From Anaerosoma tenue (GTDB taxonomy: Bacteria; Actinomycetota; Coriobacteriia; Anaerosomatales; Anaerosomataceae), in assembly GCF_023161965.1 (NCBI RefSeq), contig NZ_JALNTY010000002.1, positions 188,552 through 212,551 on the forward strand: a DNA stretch of 24,000 nt, given 5' to 3'. How positions within the stretch are numbered: the first letter of the stretch is position 1; every line of letters starts with the position of its first letter. The position numbers were made by a program, and so were the translations under genes. Positions 14,780 to 23,155 of the stretch are shown here, in pieces. The notes beneath the pieces are model-generated. The model made no database searches, was not told the DNA's origin, and saw only the letters and a list, made by a program, of their open reading frames with translations.

Positions 14780-17399
14780 GGACCTCAGCAGCGGCATACC
14801 CGCACTCGACCGCGTCCTCGAAGGTGTGTGGGCGGGCGACAACATCGTGCTGCAGGTGGACGACATCGCCGATTTCCTGCCCTTCGCGCACCGTTACTGC
14901 GAGTACACGCGCAACGCTGGCCGCAAGCTCGTGTACTTCCGTTTCGCCGACCACGAGCCGCTCCTGCCGGAAGGCCTTCCGGCCGAGGTGCACGAGCTCG
15001 ACCCCTCGGCAGGTTTCGAGCAGTTCATCTCCGAGATCCTCACCGTGATCGACCGCAACGGCCACGACGCCGTGTACTACCTCTTCGACTCGCTCTCGGG
15101 CCTGGCGGTGGACTGGTACTCCGATCGCATGCTCGGCAACTTCTTCCGGCTCACGTGCCCCTACCTCTTCGACTACGACACCGTGGCGCTCTTCATGCTG
15201 CTGCGGAACGTGCACACGCCGCTGGCGACGCGCGCGATACACACCACCGCGCAGATCGTGCTCGATATCTTCCGGCACAAGGACGAGCTCTACATCCTGC
15301 CGCTCAAGGTATGGGAGCGGCGCTCGCCCACGATGTACATGCTGCACTCGTGGATCGGCGATGAGGTCCGGCCTGTCACCCGGAGCGTGGAGCTGGCCGA
15401 GATACGCACGTCCATGCCGCAGCCGTGGATTGACCCCAGCGTGGAATGGCGCGATCCGTGGACGAGCGCGTTCGCCGAGGCGCGCGAGGTGCAGGAGCGG
15501 CTGCGGGCGGGAGAGGCGGCGCCGGGCGAAGAGAAGGCTCATGTTCAGCGGCTGGTGCGCATGCTGCTCAGCCGCGACGAGACCGACGACGTGTTCGGCC
15601 TGTGCCTGGAGCACTTCGGGCTCGACGACCTGCTCGCAATCGGCAAGCGCATGATCGGCACCGGCCAGATCGGCGGGAAGTCGGTGGGGATGCTGCTTGC
15701 GCGGAAGATCCTCGAGCGGACGAAGCCGGATCTCGCCGGGCGCCTGGAGGTGCACGACTCGTTCTACGTAGGCTCCGACGTCTTCTACAGCTACCTCGTC
15801 CTCAACGACTGCTGGTGGGACCGCTACCGCCTCAAGGGCGCCGAGGACCTCTTCGACCGCGCGCGCGACCTGGAATCGCGCCTGCGTACCGGCGCCTTGC
15901 CGCCGGTGGTGCTCGAACAGTTCCGCGAAGTGCTCGAGTACTTCGGCCAGTCGCCGGTCATCGTGCGCTCGTCGAGCCTGCTCGAAGACGCGTACGGCAA
16001 CTCGTTCTCCGGCAAGTACGAGAGCGTTTTCTGCGGCAACCAGGGGAACCCCGAGGAGCGTCTTGCCGATTTCATCGAGGCCGTGCGCACCATCTATGCG
16101 AGCACCATGAGCGAGGAGGCGCTCTCCTACCGGCTCCACCGCGGTCTCATCCACCGCGACGAGCAGATGGCGCTTCTGGTTCAGCGCGTCTCAGGCGAGT
16201 TCCACGGCGACCTCTACTACCCCCACATCGGCGGCGTGGGTTACTCGTTCAACCCGTACGTGTGGCACAAGCGGATCGACCCCGCGCAGGGCATGCTGCG
16301 CCTCGTCTTCGGCCTGGGCACGCGCGCAGTGGACCGTCACGACGACGACTACACTCGGGTGGTGGCGCTGAACGCTCCCATGCTGCGGCCCGAGGGCTCC
16401 ACCGACGAGATCCGCACGTACAGCCAGAAGGCCGTGAACGTCATCAGCCTCGCCGAGAACGCACACGCACCGCGGAGCTTCGAGGAGGTCCTCGCCGCAT
16501 CGGGCGACCTGCCGCTTGAGATGCTCACCTCGCGCGACCTCGCGCTCGAGCAACGCGCCCGCGAAGCCGGCGTGCACAACGTCTTCTCGGAGGTCCTCAC
16601 CTTCGAAGGGCTGCTGACTCGCACGGCGTTCCCCGCCGAGATGCACGCGATGATGAGCGCCATCGCCGAGGCATACCGCCATCCCGTGGATATCGAGTTC
16701 ACGGTGAACTTCACCGACGACGGTGACTACCTGGTCAACCTGCTGCAGTGCCGGCCGTTCCACTTCGTGGGCGAGCTCACGCACCTGCCCGCGCCAGCGG
16801 ACATCCCGCCCGCCACCGTGCTGCTCAAGACCGCGGGACCGGTGATCGGCCACAGCATGGCGATCGAGGTGGACCGGGTGGTGTACGTGGTGCCCGAGGA
16901 GTACAGCGCGCTCTCCACCAACGACCGGTTCGCAACAGCGAGTCTCGTGGGCCGCGTGATGAACCAGCCCGGCGAGAAGCGGTCGATCGTGCTCGCGGGA
17001 CCGGGCCGATGGGGCACACGGATGCCGGAGCTGGGAGTGCCCGCCATGCTCTCGCAGATCAAGAACGCCACGGTGCTCTGCGAGGTGGCCGAGATGCACG
17101 CCGGCCTCAACCCCGACCTCTCGCTCGGCACGCACTTCTTCAACGATCTCGTCGACCTCGGCATCCTCTACATGGGCATCAAGCCGGGAAGCACCGGGTC
17201 GCTCCTCAACGCCGACCTCCTCCAGGGGCTCCCCAACGCCCTCGGCAGGATCATCCCCGAGGCGTCCGACAAGGGCGATCTCGTGCGCGTGATCGATGCC
17301 GAGGACCTCGACGGCCGCTCGATCTGGCTGTGGTCGGATGTGCTCGAGCAGCGCGCGATCGTCTTCGTGTCGGACCGCTGCGAGGTGCGCAGGCCGTAG
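14766..17399 (+). CDS. PEP/pyruvate-binding (PPDK_N ATP-grasp) domain protein with a degenerate RecA/KaiC-like N-terminal domain (877 aa)
   Basis: Frame of ORF 14715..17399. Start uncertain: ATG 14766 is preferred (14-nt overlap with dusB), with ATG 14751 or 14715 possible. The central region carries the PPDK_N signature VIVRSSSLLEDAYGNSFSGKYESV and HPVDIEFTVN...LLQCRPF. I see no phosphohistidine swivel motif (G-G-x-T-S-H-A-A type); the C-terminus has GPGRWGTR and SLGTHFFNDLV. Confidence 0.85.
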   Translation: MTKRKDLSSGIPALDRVLEGVWAGDNIVLQVDDIADFLPFAHRYCEYTRNAGRKLVYFRFADHEPLLPEGLPAEVHELDPSAGFEQFISEILTVIDRNGHDAVYYLFDSLSGLAVDWYSDRMLGNFFRLTCPYLFDYDTVALFMLLRNVHTPLATRAIHTTAQIVLDIFRHKDELYILPLKVWERRSPTMYMLHSWIGDEVRPVTRSVELAEIRTSMPQPWIDPSVEWRDPWTSAFAEAREVQERLRAGEAAPGEEKAHVQRLVRMLLSRDETDDVFGLCLEHFGLDDLLAIGKRMIGTGQIGGKSVGMLLARKILERTKPDLAGRLEVHDSFYVGSDVFYSYLVLNDCWWDRYRLKGAEDLFDRARDLESRLRTGALPPVVLEQFREVLEYFGQSPVIVRSSSLLEDAYGNSFSGKYESVFCGNQGNPEERLADFIEAVRTIYASTMSEEALSYRLHRGLIHRDEQMALLVQRVSGEFHGDLYYPHIGGVGYSFNPYVWHKRIDPAQGMLRLVFGLGTRAVDRHDDDYTRVVALNAPMLRPEGSTDEIRTYSQKAVNVISLAENAHAPRSFEEVLAASGDLPLEMLTSRDLALEQRAREAGVHNVFSEVLTFEGLLTRTAFPAEMHAMMSAIAEAYRHPVDIEFTVNFTDDGDYLVNLLQCRPFHFVGELTHLPAPADIPPATVLLKTAGPVIGHSMAIEVDRVVYVVPEEYSALSTNDRFATASLVGRVMNQPGEKRSIVLAGPGRWGTRMPELGVPAMLSQIKNATVLCEVAEMHAGLNPDLSLGTHFFNDLVDLGILYMGIKPGSTGSLLNADLLQGLPNALGRIIPEASDKGDLVRVIDAEDLDGRSIWLWSDVLEQRAIVFVSDRCEVRRP

Positions 17400-17402
17400 C
17401 GC

Positions 17403-18689
17403 TCAGATGTCGCTCTTCTTCATGCCGAGGGCGGCCGCCATCGCCTCGGCAGTCGCCTCCACTTGCGGCGCCGTGAGGTGGCGCGTCTCGATCACCACGT
17501 GCTTGGCGTCGAAGTCGCCCCAGTCGTCCGTGAGGATCGTGAGGCCGAGTTCGGCGGCACGATCGTAGAAGTCGGTGCCGGGGAACGGGCACGTGTAGGA
17601 GAGGTAGATGCGCGCGCCGAGCTCGTGCACCTCGGCCATGAACTCCAGGCTCTCCCGGAGCGTCTCGGGCGTGTCGTCCGGGAACGGGATCATGAAGGAG
17701 CAGACGGCGTCGATGCCGCACGCCACCGCAGCGGCGACCGCATCACGCACCTGCTGCTTCTCGATGCCCTTCACCGAGTCGAGCACGGTCTGCGAACCCG
17801 ACTCCACGCCGAACTGGATGCCGGTGCAGCCGGCCTCGGCCATCTGCCGGATGAGATCGGCGTCCACGAGGTCCACGCGTGTGGCGCAGCCCCACTCCAC
17901 CGGGTGCTCGAGCGCGCCAAGCGCCTCCAGCAGCTCGCCGATCCAGCGGCGGTTGAGCGTGAAGATGTCGTCGGTGAAGAAGACCTCGTCCACCCCGTGC
18001 TCGCGCCACAGATCGGCGATCTCGGCGGCGATGCTCTCCGGCGAACGCATGCGGCGACGCCCCTGCCAGAGCGAGGAGGCCGAGCAGAACGGACAACGGT
18101 ACGGGCAGCTCCCCGTAGCGGTGAGCACGTTCCACTTGTCGTGGTAGAAGTCCGTGGGGAACAGCCACCGCGCCGGGCGCGGCAGGTCATCGGGATGGCC
18201 GAGCTCGGCGCGCGGGTTCACGTGCGGCGCGTCGTCCTCGATGAAGCCGAGGCCCGGAACGTCGGCCAGGCTGCCCTCACCGCGGACCACGTTGCGCGCG
18301 AGCGCCACCATCGCGTCCTCGCCCGGGCCGGCCACGATGAAGTCCACCGCGTCCCGCTCGGCAAGGACCTCCTCGGGCAGGATGGTGGGATGCGCGCCGC
18401 CGATCACCACCACTGTCTCCGGCGAGCGCTCCTTGATGTGCCGCGCGATCTCGAGCGCCTGCGGGTATGTCTCGGTCATGGCCGAGATGCCCACGATGCG
18501 GGGACGATCGTTGGCCAGGATGCTGTTCACCCTCACCAGGTTCAGCCCGCTCACGTTGAAGTCGACCGCGCTCACGGAGAAGCCGTCCTCCATGAGCGCA
18601 GACGCGATGTAGGCGAGACCCAACGGAGGGCTCAGCCGTGCGTGCTCGTTCCTCTTGCGAACGGGCGCGTTGACCAGCGTCACGTCCAT
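17403..18689 (-). CDS. B12-binding-domain radical SAM enzyme (428 aa), substrate unknown
   Basis: Full ORF. N-terminal cobalamin-binding-type domain (PPLGLAYIASAL...IVGISAMT...VVVIGGAHPT) and radical SAM motif GSCPYRCPFCSAS. GGCGGGA lies ~4 nt upstream of ATG (complement of 18687..18689). Confidence 0.9.
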   Translation of the reverse strand: MDVTLVNAPVRKRNEHARLSPPLGLAYIASALMEDGFSVSAVDFNVSGLNLVRVNSILANDRPRIVGISAMTETYPQALEIARHIKERSPETVVVIGGAHPTILPEEVLAERDAVDFIVAGPGEDAMVALARNVVRGEGSLADVPGLGFIEDDAPHVNPRAELGHPDDLPRPARWLFPTDFYHDKWNVLTATGSCPYRCPFCSASSLWQGRRRMRSPESIAAEIADLWREHGVDEVFFTDDIFTLNRRWIGELLEALGALEHPVEWGCATRVDLVDADLIRQMAEAGCTGIQFGVESGSQTVLDSVKGIEKQQVRDAVAAAVACGIDAVCSFMIPFPDDTPETLRESLEFMAEVHELGARIYLSYTCPFPGTDFYDRAAELGLTILTDDWGDFDAKHVVIETRHLTAPQVEATAEAMAAALGMKKSDI

Positions 18690-18725
18690 CAGGTCCCGCC
18701 TACATCCATGCGCCTTGTGAGCGCG

Positions 18726-19166
18726 TTACTCTTCGGTCTCGGATACGGCCTCTTCGGCCCCCGCGTCCGGGTCCTTGTACGGTGCCACCTGGATCGAACG
18801 GGTCATCAGTATCTCGCGTACCCTTGGGGCCACGATACCGAACGGTTCTCCCGCGCGCATCTCCTCGGCGATGGCGTCCGCCAACTCCTCGTCCTCCAGG
18901 ACCTCCCGGACCCACGTCTGGAGCGCGCCCAGATCGATGTAGCCGATCGTCTCCTGGTTGTTGGGCCGGATCGCCTCCTCATACGTACCGATCTTGAGGA
19001 AGCTTGCCACCTGGGCCAGCGAGTAGAGCGCCACGGGGTTCGAACCGCCCATCACCGACATCTTGAGTCCGGTGATGCGCTCGTCCTGTCCGACCTCGCG
19101 GAGCAAGCGCTCCGCGAGCTCAGGCGACGGCTGTGTCAACTCACGTGCCACGGTGCGTTCCTCCAT
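18726..19166 (-). CDS. Hypothetical acidic protein (146 aa), translationally coupled to the AOR gene
   Basis: Frame of ORF 18726..19169. The minus strand reads ...TCGTGATGGAG: AOR stop TGA (19168..19166) overlaps ATG (19166..19164), and a GTG start at 19169 is also possible. Product MEERTVARELTQPSPELAERLL...DPDAGAEEAVSETEE. I recognise no family. Confidence 0.65.
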   Translation of the reverse strand: MEERTVARELTQPSPELAERLLREVGQDERITGLKMSVMGGSNPVALYSLAQVASFLKIGTYEEAIRPNNQETIGYIDLGALQTWVREVLEDEELADAIAEEMRAGEPFGIVAPRVREILMTRSIQVAPYKDPDAGAEEAVSETEE

Positions 19167-21241
19167 CACGAGCCGAGCTTGCCGGCGGCCTCGAGGTCAT
19201 CGGCCACGTGCGAAAGACCGAGCTCCTCGAGCGTGGCGCGGGTCGGCCAACCGGTGGCCGGGTCCCAACCTTCGAGGGTGTAGAACTTGGTCTTCCACTC
19301 CTCGACCTTGTCGCGGTCGAGCATGCGGCCCACGGCGCTCTCGTACACCCACTGGCCGTCCTTGTACATCGGCACCACGTACGGGACCTCGTAGGTGGTG
19401 TAGCCGGGCACAGCGCCGACCTCGTAGTTGTAGTCGGTGAAGACCTCGAGCTCGCGATCGCGGCCCTGGAGGATCCAGATGGCCCGGTCGAGGTTCCAGA
19501 TCTTGCGGCCGACCTCCATGCCCTCCTCGAACGACTGGTCGATGCCGGTGACGGCCTTGTAGAACTTGGGCTCGCCCTCGCCGGTCATGCCGCGGCCCTC
19601 GGGGCCGTACTCGTTGAAGAAGTCGCCCCACGCCCAGTCGCACAGTGCCAGTGACTGCTTGTAGTAGCGGGTGTAATGGCGGTGCCACGCCACCAGCTTG
19701 GCCATCGACTCCGAGTAGATGCCCTCGTCGCTGTAGTCCATCATCATCGGATCATTGTACGGGCTGAGCTTCTCGCCCATGATCTCCGCAAGCTGGTCTG
19801 CCGAGCAGGCCGGCTGTGCGCCGAACAGCGCCGAGATCGACGGCGCCCAGAACACGAGCGTGTTGAAGTCGTGCTCGTTGATATCACGGTCGCCCACGAG
19901 CGAGCCGTAGCCCCACTCCACCTCGGTACGGGCGTCGTAGTGCTGCACGTAGCCGTGGCACTGGAGCGGCAGGATGCCGCTCGCGGTATCCTGCTCGTAG
20001 CGTCCCCACTTCTCCGCGGCGTACGCGACGCCTTCGTGGAGCGCCTCGCCCACGTCGTAGCCGTTGGCCATCATGTCGAGGAACTGCTTGGCGAATTCGG
20101 CGGTGCCGAGCTGGTTGAAGTCGAGCGCGGTGTCGATCTCCAGACCCGGGCCGAGGATGCCCTCCTTGTGGAGGTTGTTCAGCCAGATGATCGCGCCCTC
20201 GGCCTGATAGGAGTTGATGCCGTAGCGCTGCAGCGCCTCGGTGGCGTCCAGGATGTGCTGGGTGTAGCTGCCGTGGGCCGCCTGGTCGTACACGTGGTAG
20301 AAGAAGTAGTCCACGCACGACGAGCCGTTGCTCGCGGCGCTTGCGAAGCGTGCGCGGCAGTTCTTGTGGCAGCCGAGACACCCGATCGGGGACTTCGGCT
20401 GGTCGGCAGGACCATAGCCCGCGGCGCCAGAGGCCGGGGCGCCACCGAACATCGACCCCATGCCCAGCGGCGTGTAGTCCTCGTCGAGGTGGCCCGCCAC
20501 CGCATACTCCATCGACCACAGACGTGCATCCATGAGCGCCTTGGGGTCGGCGATCTCAACGGAACCGGTGCCGAGCACGCTGATGGCCTTCAGGTTCTTG
20601 GCGCCGAACACGCCACCGAAGCCACCCTGGCCCGCGCCGTTGCCCGCGTCGTGGATGAGCGCCGCGGTCCGGCTGAGGGTCTCGCCCGCCTTGCCGATAG
20701 TGAGAACGGCCGGCCGCTGCGTGGTGCGCTCCTTGCCCAGCTCGCGCCACTCCTTTTCTTCACCGTTCTGCACGATGCGCCAGATCTCTTCCTGCGCCTC
20801 CACCGCGTCGAGGCCCCAGAGGCCCTCAGCGCTCTTGAACTCCACCTCGCCGTTGCGGATGTCGATCCACACCGGCTCGTCCGCTGCGCCTTCCACGGTG
20901 AAGCCGTCCCAGCCCGCCCACTTCATGTGACCGCAGAACCGGCCGCCGAAGTTCGAGCGGGTGAAGTACTCGATCGGGTAGCCCTGCACGCCGATTCCCT
21001 GGACCTCGGTACGCCCCGAAGCCGCCGGGACCAGAGTGCCGGAGAACGGCGACGCCATGATCGTCACGACGTTCTTGGGATCGAAGCCGGAGACGGTCTT
21101 GTCTTCGCACAGGTCCCAGAAGACCGCTGAACCCATGCCGTGCCCGCCGCCGTACTCCTGGTACTTCTCGCTATCGAGGGTCGAGACCGACTTGTTCGTC
21201 AGGTCGATCCTCAGGATCTTCCCGGTATATCCACCAGCCAT
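19166..21241 (-). CDS. Aldehyde:ferredoxin oxidoreductase (AOR) family tungsto/molybdopterin enzyme, long YdhV-like form (691 aa)
   Basis: Full ORF, with SD AGGAGG 8 nt upstream. AOR N-terminal domain: MAGGYTGKILRIDLTNKSV..., GGRFCGHMKWAGWDGFTVEGAADEPVWI, GGFGGVFGAKNLKAISVLG. [4Fe-4S] motif CLGCHKNC (CxxCxxxC). C-terminal FYTLEGWDPATGWPTRATLEELGL. No N-terminal signal peptide. Confidence 0.93.
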   Translation of the reverse strand: MAGGYTGKILRIDLTNKSVSTLDSEKYQEYGGGHGMGSAVFWDLCEDKTVSGFDPKNVVTIMASPFSGTLVPAASGRTEVQGIGVQGYPIEYFTRSNFGGRFCGHMKWAGWDGFTVEGAADEPVWIDIRNGEVEFKSAEGLWGLDAVEAQEEIWRIVQNGEEKEWRELGKERTTQRPAVLTIGKAGETLSRTAALIHDAGNGAGQGGFGGVFGAKNLKAISVLGTGSVEIADPKALMDARLWSMEYAVAGHLDEDYTPLGMGSMFGGAPASGAAGYGPADQPKSPIGCLGCHKNCRARFASAASNGSSCVDYFFYHVYDQAAHGSYTQHILDATEALQRYGINSYQAEGAIIWLNNLHKEGILGPGLEIDTALDFNQLGTAEFAKQFLDMMANGYDVGEALHEGVAYAAEKWGRYEQDTASGILPLQCHGYVQHYDARTEVEWGYGSLVGDRDINEHDFNTLVFWAPSISALFGAQPACSADQLAEIMGEKLSPYNDPMMMDYSDEGIYSESMAKLVAWHRHYTRYYKQSLALCDWAWGDFFNEYGPEGRGMTGEGEPKFYKAVTGIDQSFEEGMEVGRKIWNLDRAIWILQGRDRELEVFTDYNYEVGAVPGYTTYEVPYVVPMYKDGQWVYESAVGRMLDRDKVEEWKTKFYTLEGWDPATGWPTRATLEELGLSHVADDLEAAGKLGS

Positions 21242-21292
21242 GTGGCATTCCTCCTGGTCTGTTGGTCGTCAGGTGACTCGTACGTGGTCCTG

Positions 21293-22054
21293 CTAGTGGC
21301 CGGTCGGTGCCGGGGCCGCCGTCGCCACGGGCGCGTATGACCCGTCGTCTTCGGTCGGCAGGCCGAGAAGGGCCCATGCCACGTTGTCGTCGCGCAGGTT
21401 CACCTGGTAACCCGTATCGGTCTGCGCGGGGATGTCGCTCACAAAGCTGATCGCGCGGGTGGGGCACACGGCCACGCACGCCTGCTGGCCGCCGACGCCG
21501 CCCTCTTCGGTCATGTACGGGGTGTCCTTGCACAGGTCGCACTTCTGCGCCTTGCGCTTCTTGGGATCCCACTGGACGCGCGACGGAGTGAACGGGCACG
21601 CCTCGATGCAGCGCTCGCAGCCGATGCACTTGGCCTGATCCACCGTGCGCACGTTGCCGTTGTCGGGATCTGCGTGCATCGCGCCCGTGGGGCACGCCTC
21701 GGCGCAGTACGGGTGCGGGCACTGCCTGCACTGCTCCTGGACGACGCTGTCCTCTTCACCATACGCAGCGAAGACGTTGTTGATGACCTGGATGCGCGAG
21801 AGCGAGAGGCTCGTCTCACCGGAGTGCACGAGCGAGCAGGCGAGCATGCAGCTCGCGCAGCCGGCGCACTTGTGGGTGTCGACGACGAGGTAGCCCTCGG
21901 AAGCCGGGACCGCGAACACGCTGTCCGGCAGGAAGAAGCTCTTGACCATGAAGCCGCCCGCGAGAGCCCCGATACCTACACCGCCTGCTCCTATGAGGAA
22001 CTGCCGGCGTGAGTAGCCCTGGCCCTCGGTCGTCTTGATATCGTTGTCCGCCAT
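21293..22054 (-). CDS. Tat-signal 4x[4Fe-4S] ferredoxin-like electron-transfer subunit (DmsB/HybA/YdhX type, 253 aa)
   Basis: Frame of ORF 21293..22087. Start at ATG (complement of 22052..22054), with SD GAAAGGA 9 nt upstream. Twin-arginine motif SRRQFLIGAGGVGIGALAGG. Four Cys clusters: CAGCASCMLAC, CRQCPHPYCAEAC, CIGCERCIEAC, CDLC...CVAVC. Confidence 0.9.
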   Translation of the reverse strand: MADNDIKTTEGQGYSRRQFLIGAGGVGIGALAGGFMVKSFFLPDSVFAVPASEGYLVVDTHKCAGCASCMLACSLVHSGETSLSLSRIQVINNVFAAYGEEDSVVQEQCRQCPHPYCAEACPTGAMHADPDNGNVRTVDQAKCIGCERCIEACPFTPSRVQWDPKKRKAQKCDLCKDTPYMTEEGGVGGQQACVAVCPTRAISFVSDIPAQTDTGYQVNLRDDNVAWALLGLPTEDDGSYAPVATAAPAPTGH

Positions 22055-22089
22055 GTGGAGATGTCCTTTCAGATATCGTCCGCGCACCC

Positions 22090-22938
22090 TTACTCGGGCG
22101 CGTCTCCGGTCTTCGTGAGGCGCTTGTACCAGCCGGCGTGCTCCTTCTTGGCCTGCTCCACCGACACGTAGCCGGTGAACATGCTCTTGAGCACCGGCCA
22201 GCTCATCGGCAGGATCGCCGCGAAGAAGACGTGGGCGAGGAAGAAGGCGAGCATCGCGATGGTGGAGACGTCATGCACCAGCGTCGTGGCGCCCATGAGG
22301 CCCGCCGGCATGTCGACCACGTGCGCGAGGGCCTTCAGAAGCCCGGTCACGATGATCAGCACCGTGGAGGCCAGGGCGAGGATGTAGGCCATCTTCTCGC
22401 TCTCGAAGTACTTGTCCTCGGGCGGCATGGTGCAGCTCTTCACGCCCAGGAGGTGTCCGTAGTGGTTCTTCGTGTACTCCCAGAAGTCCTTGGTCGGCAG
22501 GTGCTCCTTGAAACGGTGCGCTGAAAGAAGTGTGTTCGCGCCGTAGTAGAAGGTGCCGAACAGGAACATCACCACGAAGACGAAGTGCAGGTTCATCATC
22601 GCCCAGGTCCACGTGCCGCTTGACACCAGACGCGGGACGAACAGGAACCCGAGCGCGATGCCGGTGACGAGCAGCATCATGGTGCCGATGCCGTGCGTCC
22701 AGTGCTCGAGGATCGCCGCGCCGTCGTGGCGCAGCACCTTGTCCCCTTCGATTCGCGGGTCCTCCCGACGGGTGAGCCCCGCCGCGAAGATGCCCACCAG
22801 CGGTGCTGCGAAGACCAGCCACCAGCCGGAGTCGAAGAGAAGCTCGGAGCCGTCGGTTGCCGCCACCTGCCAGGCGTAGACCGCTCCGACCGCGAACACC
22901 AGCGCCAGAATGACGCTTGTGAGCGCGCGTTTACTCAT
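22090..22938 (-). CDS. Membrane b-type cytochrome subunit (FdnI / Ni-Fe hydrogenase cytochrome b / YdhU-PhsC-like, 282 aa)
   Basis: Frame of ORF 22090..22974. Start moved to ATG (complement of 22936..22938), with SD GGAAGGGG 7 nt upstream. It has ~5 TM helices. Conserved-looking His residues: VLRHDGAAILEHWTHGIGTMMLLVTG, MNLHFVFVV, LVHDVSTIAMLAFFLAHVFF. Confidence 0.8.
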   Translation of the reverse strand: MSKRALTSVILALVFAVGAVYAWQVAATDGSELLFDSGWWLVFAAPLVGIFAAGLTRREDPRIEGDKVLRHDGAAILEHWTHGIGTMMLLVTGIALGFLFVPRLVSSGTWTWAMMNLHFVFVVMFLFGTFYYGANTLLSAHRFKEHLPTKDFWEYTKNHYGHLLGVKSCTMPPEDKYFESEKMAYILALASTVLIIVTGLLKALAHVVDMPAGLMGATTLVHDVSTIAMLAFFLAHVFFAAILPMSWPVLKSMFTGYVSVEQAKKEHAGWYKRLTKTGDAPE

Positions 22939-22974
22939 GCGCACACCCCTTCCCCTGATCTCGATTGCAGGCAT

Positions 22975-23060
22975 AGATGTATCTGCCGGGCCTGCTGCTC
23001 CTTACATTGACCGTCTGGCGACAGTTAGTGTCAATCTCTCAATAGTTGATAGTTGGAGGC
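22975..23060 (-). promoter_or_regulatory. AT-rich candidate promoter/operator region of the cytochrome b-FeS-AOR operon
   Basis: Locally AT-rich patch. The minus strand carries TTGACA (complement of 23029..23034). Inverted repeat ATTGAC (23006..23011) / GTCAAT (23030..23035), and tandem direct repeat ATAGTTG x2 (23042..23055). The -10 is only weak (GTCAAT at 17-nt spacing). Confidence 0.35.
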
Positions 23061-23155
23061 GCTACCACCTCTGAGCAGGGAATGTCGCCTTCGGTGGCGC
23101 GGTCACCGTGGGTCCCGGTGTCATCCCTGCGGCTGTACGGCGTCTCTCAGGCCGG

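Noticed and set aside
14217-16154. 645-aa minus-strand ORF; likewise 16191..17135 and 11359..12711 on the minus strand, and 17463..19283, 19676..21130 and 9677..10612 on the plus strand
   Set aside because: All are antisense to genes with strong family motifs (PPDK_N protein, DUF389, rSAM, AOR, Sau3AI-like endonuclease). All show the Arg/His/Gly/Ala/Val-rich composition of non-coding frames in GC-rich DNA.
23061-23155. Possible cobalamin riboswitch or terminator between the upstream rSAM paralog and the AOR operon
   Set aside because: No B12-box (GCCACTG-type) or conserved core is found on either strand. Only weak stems are present (8-bp GCGCTACC/GGTGGCGC with a 26-nt loop), which is insufficient evidence.
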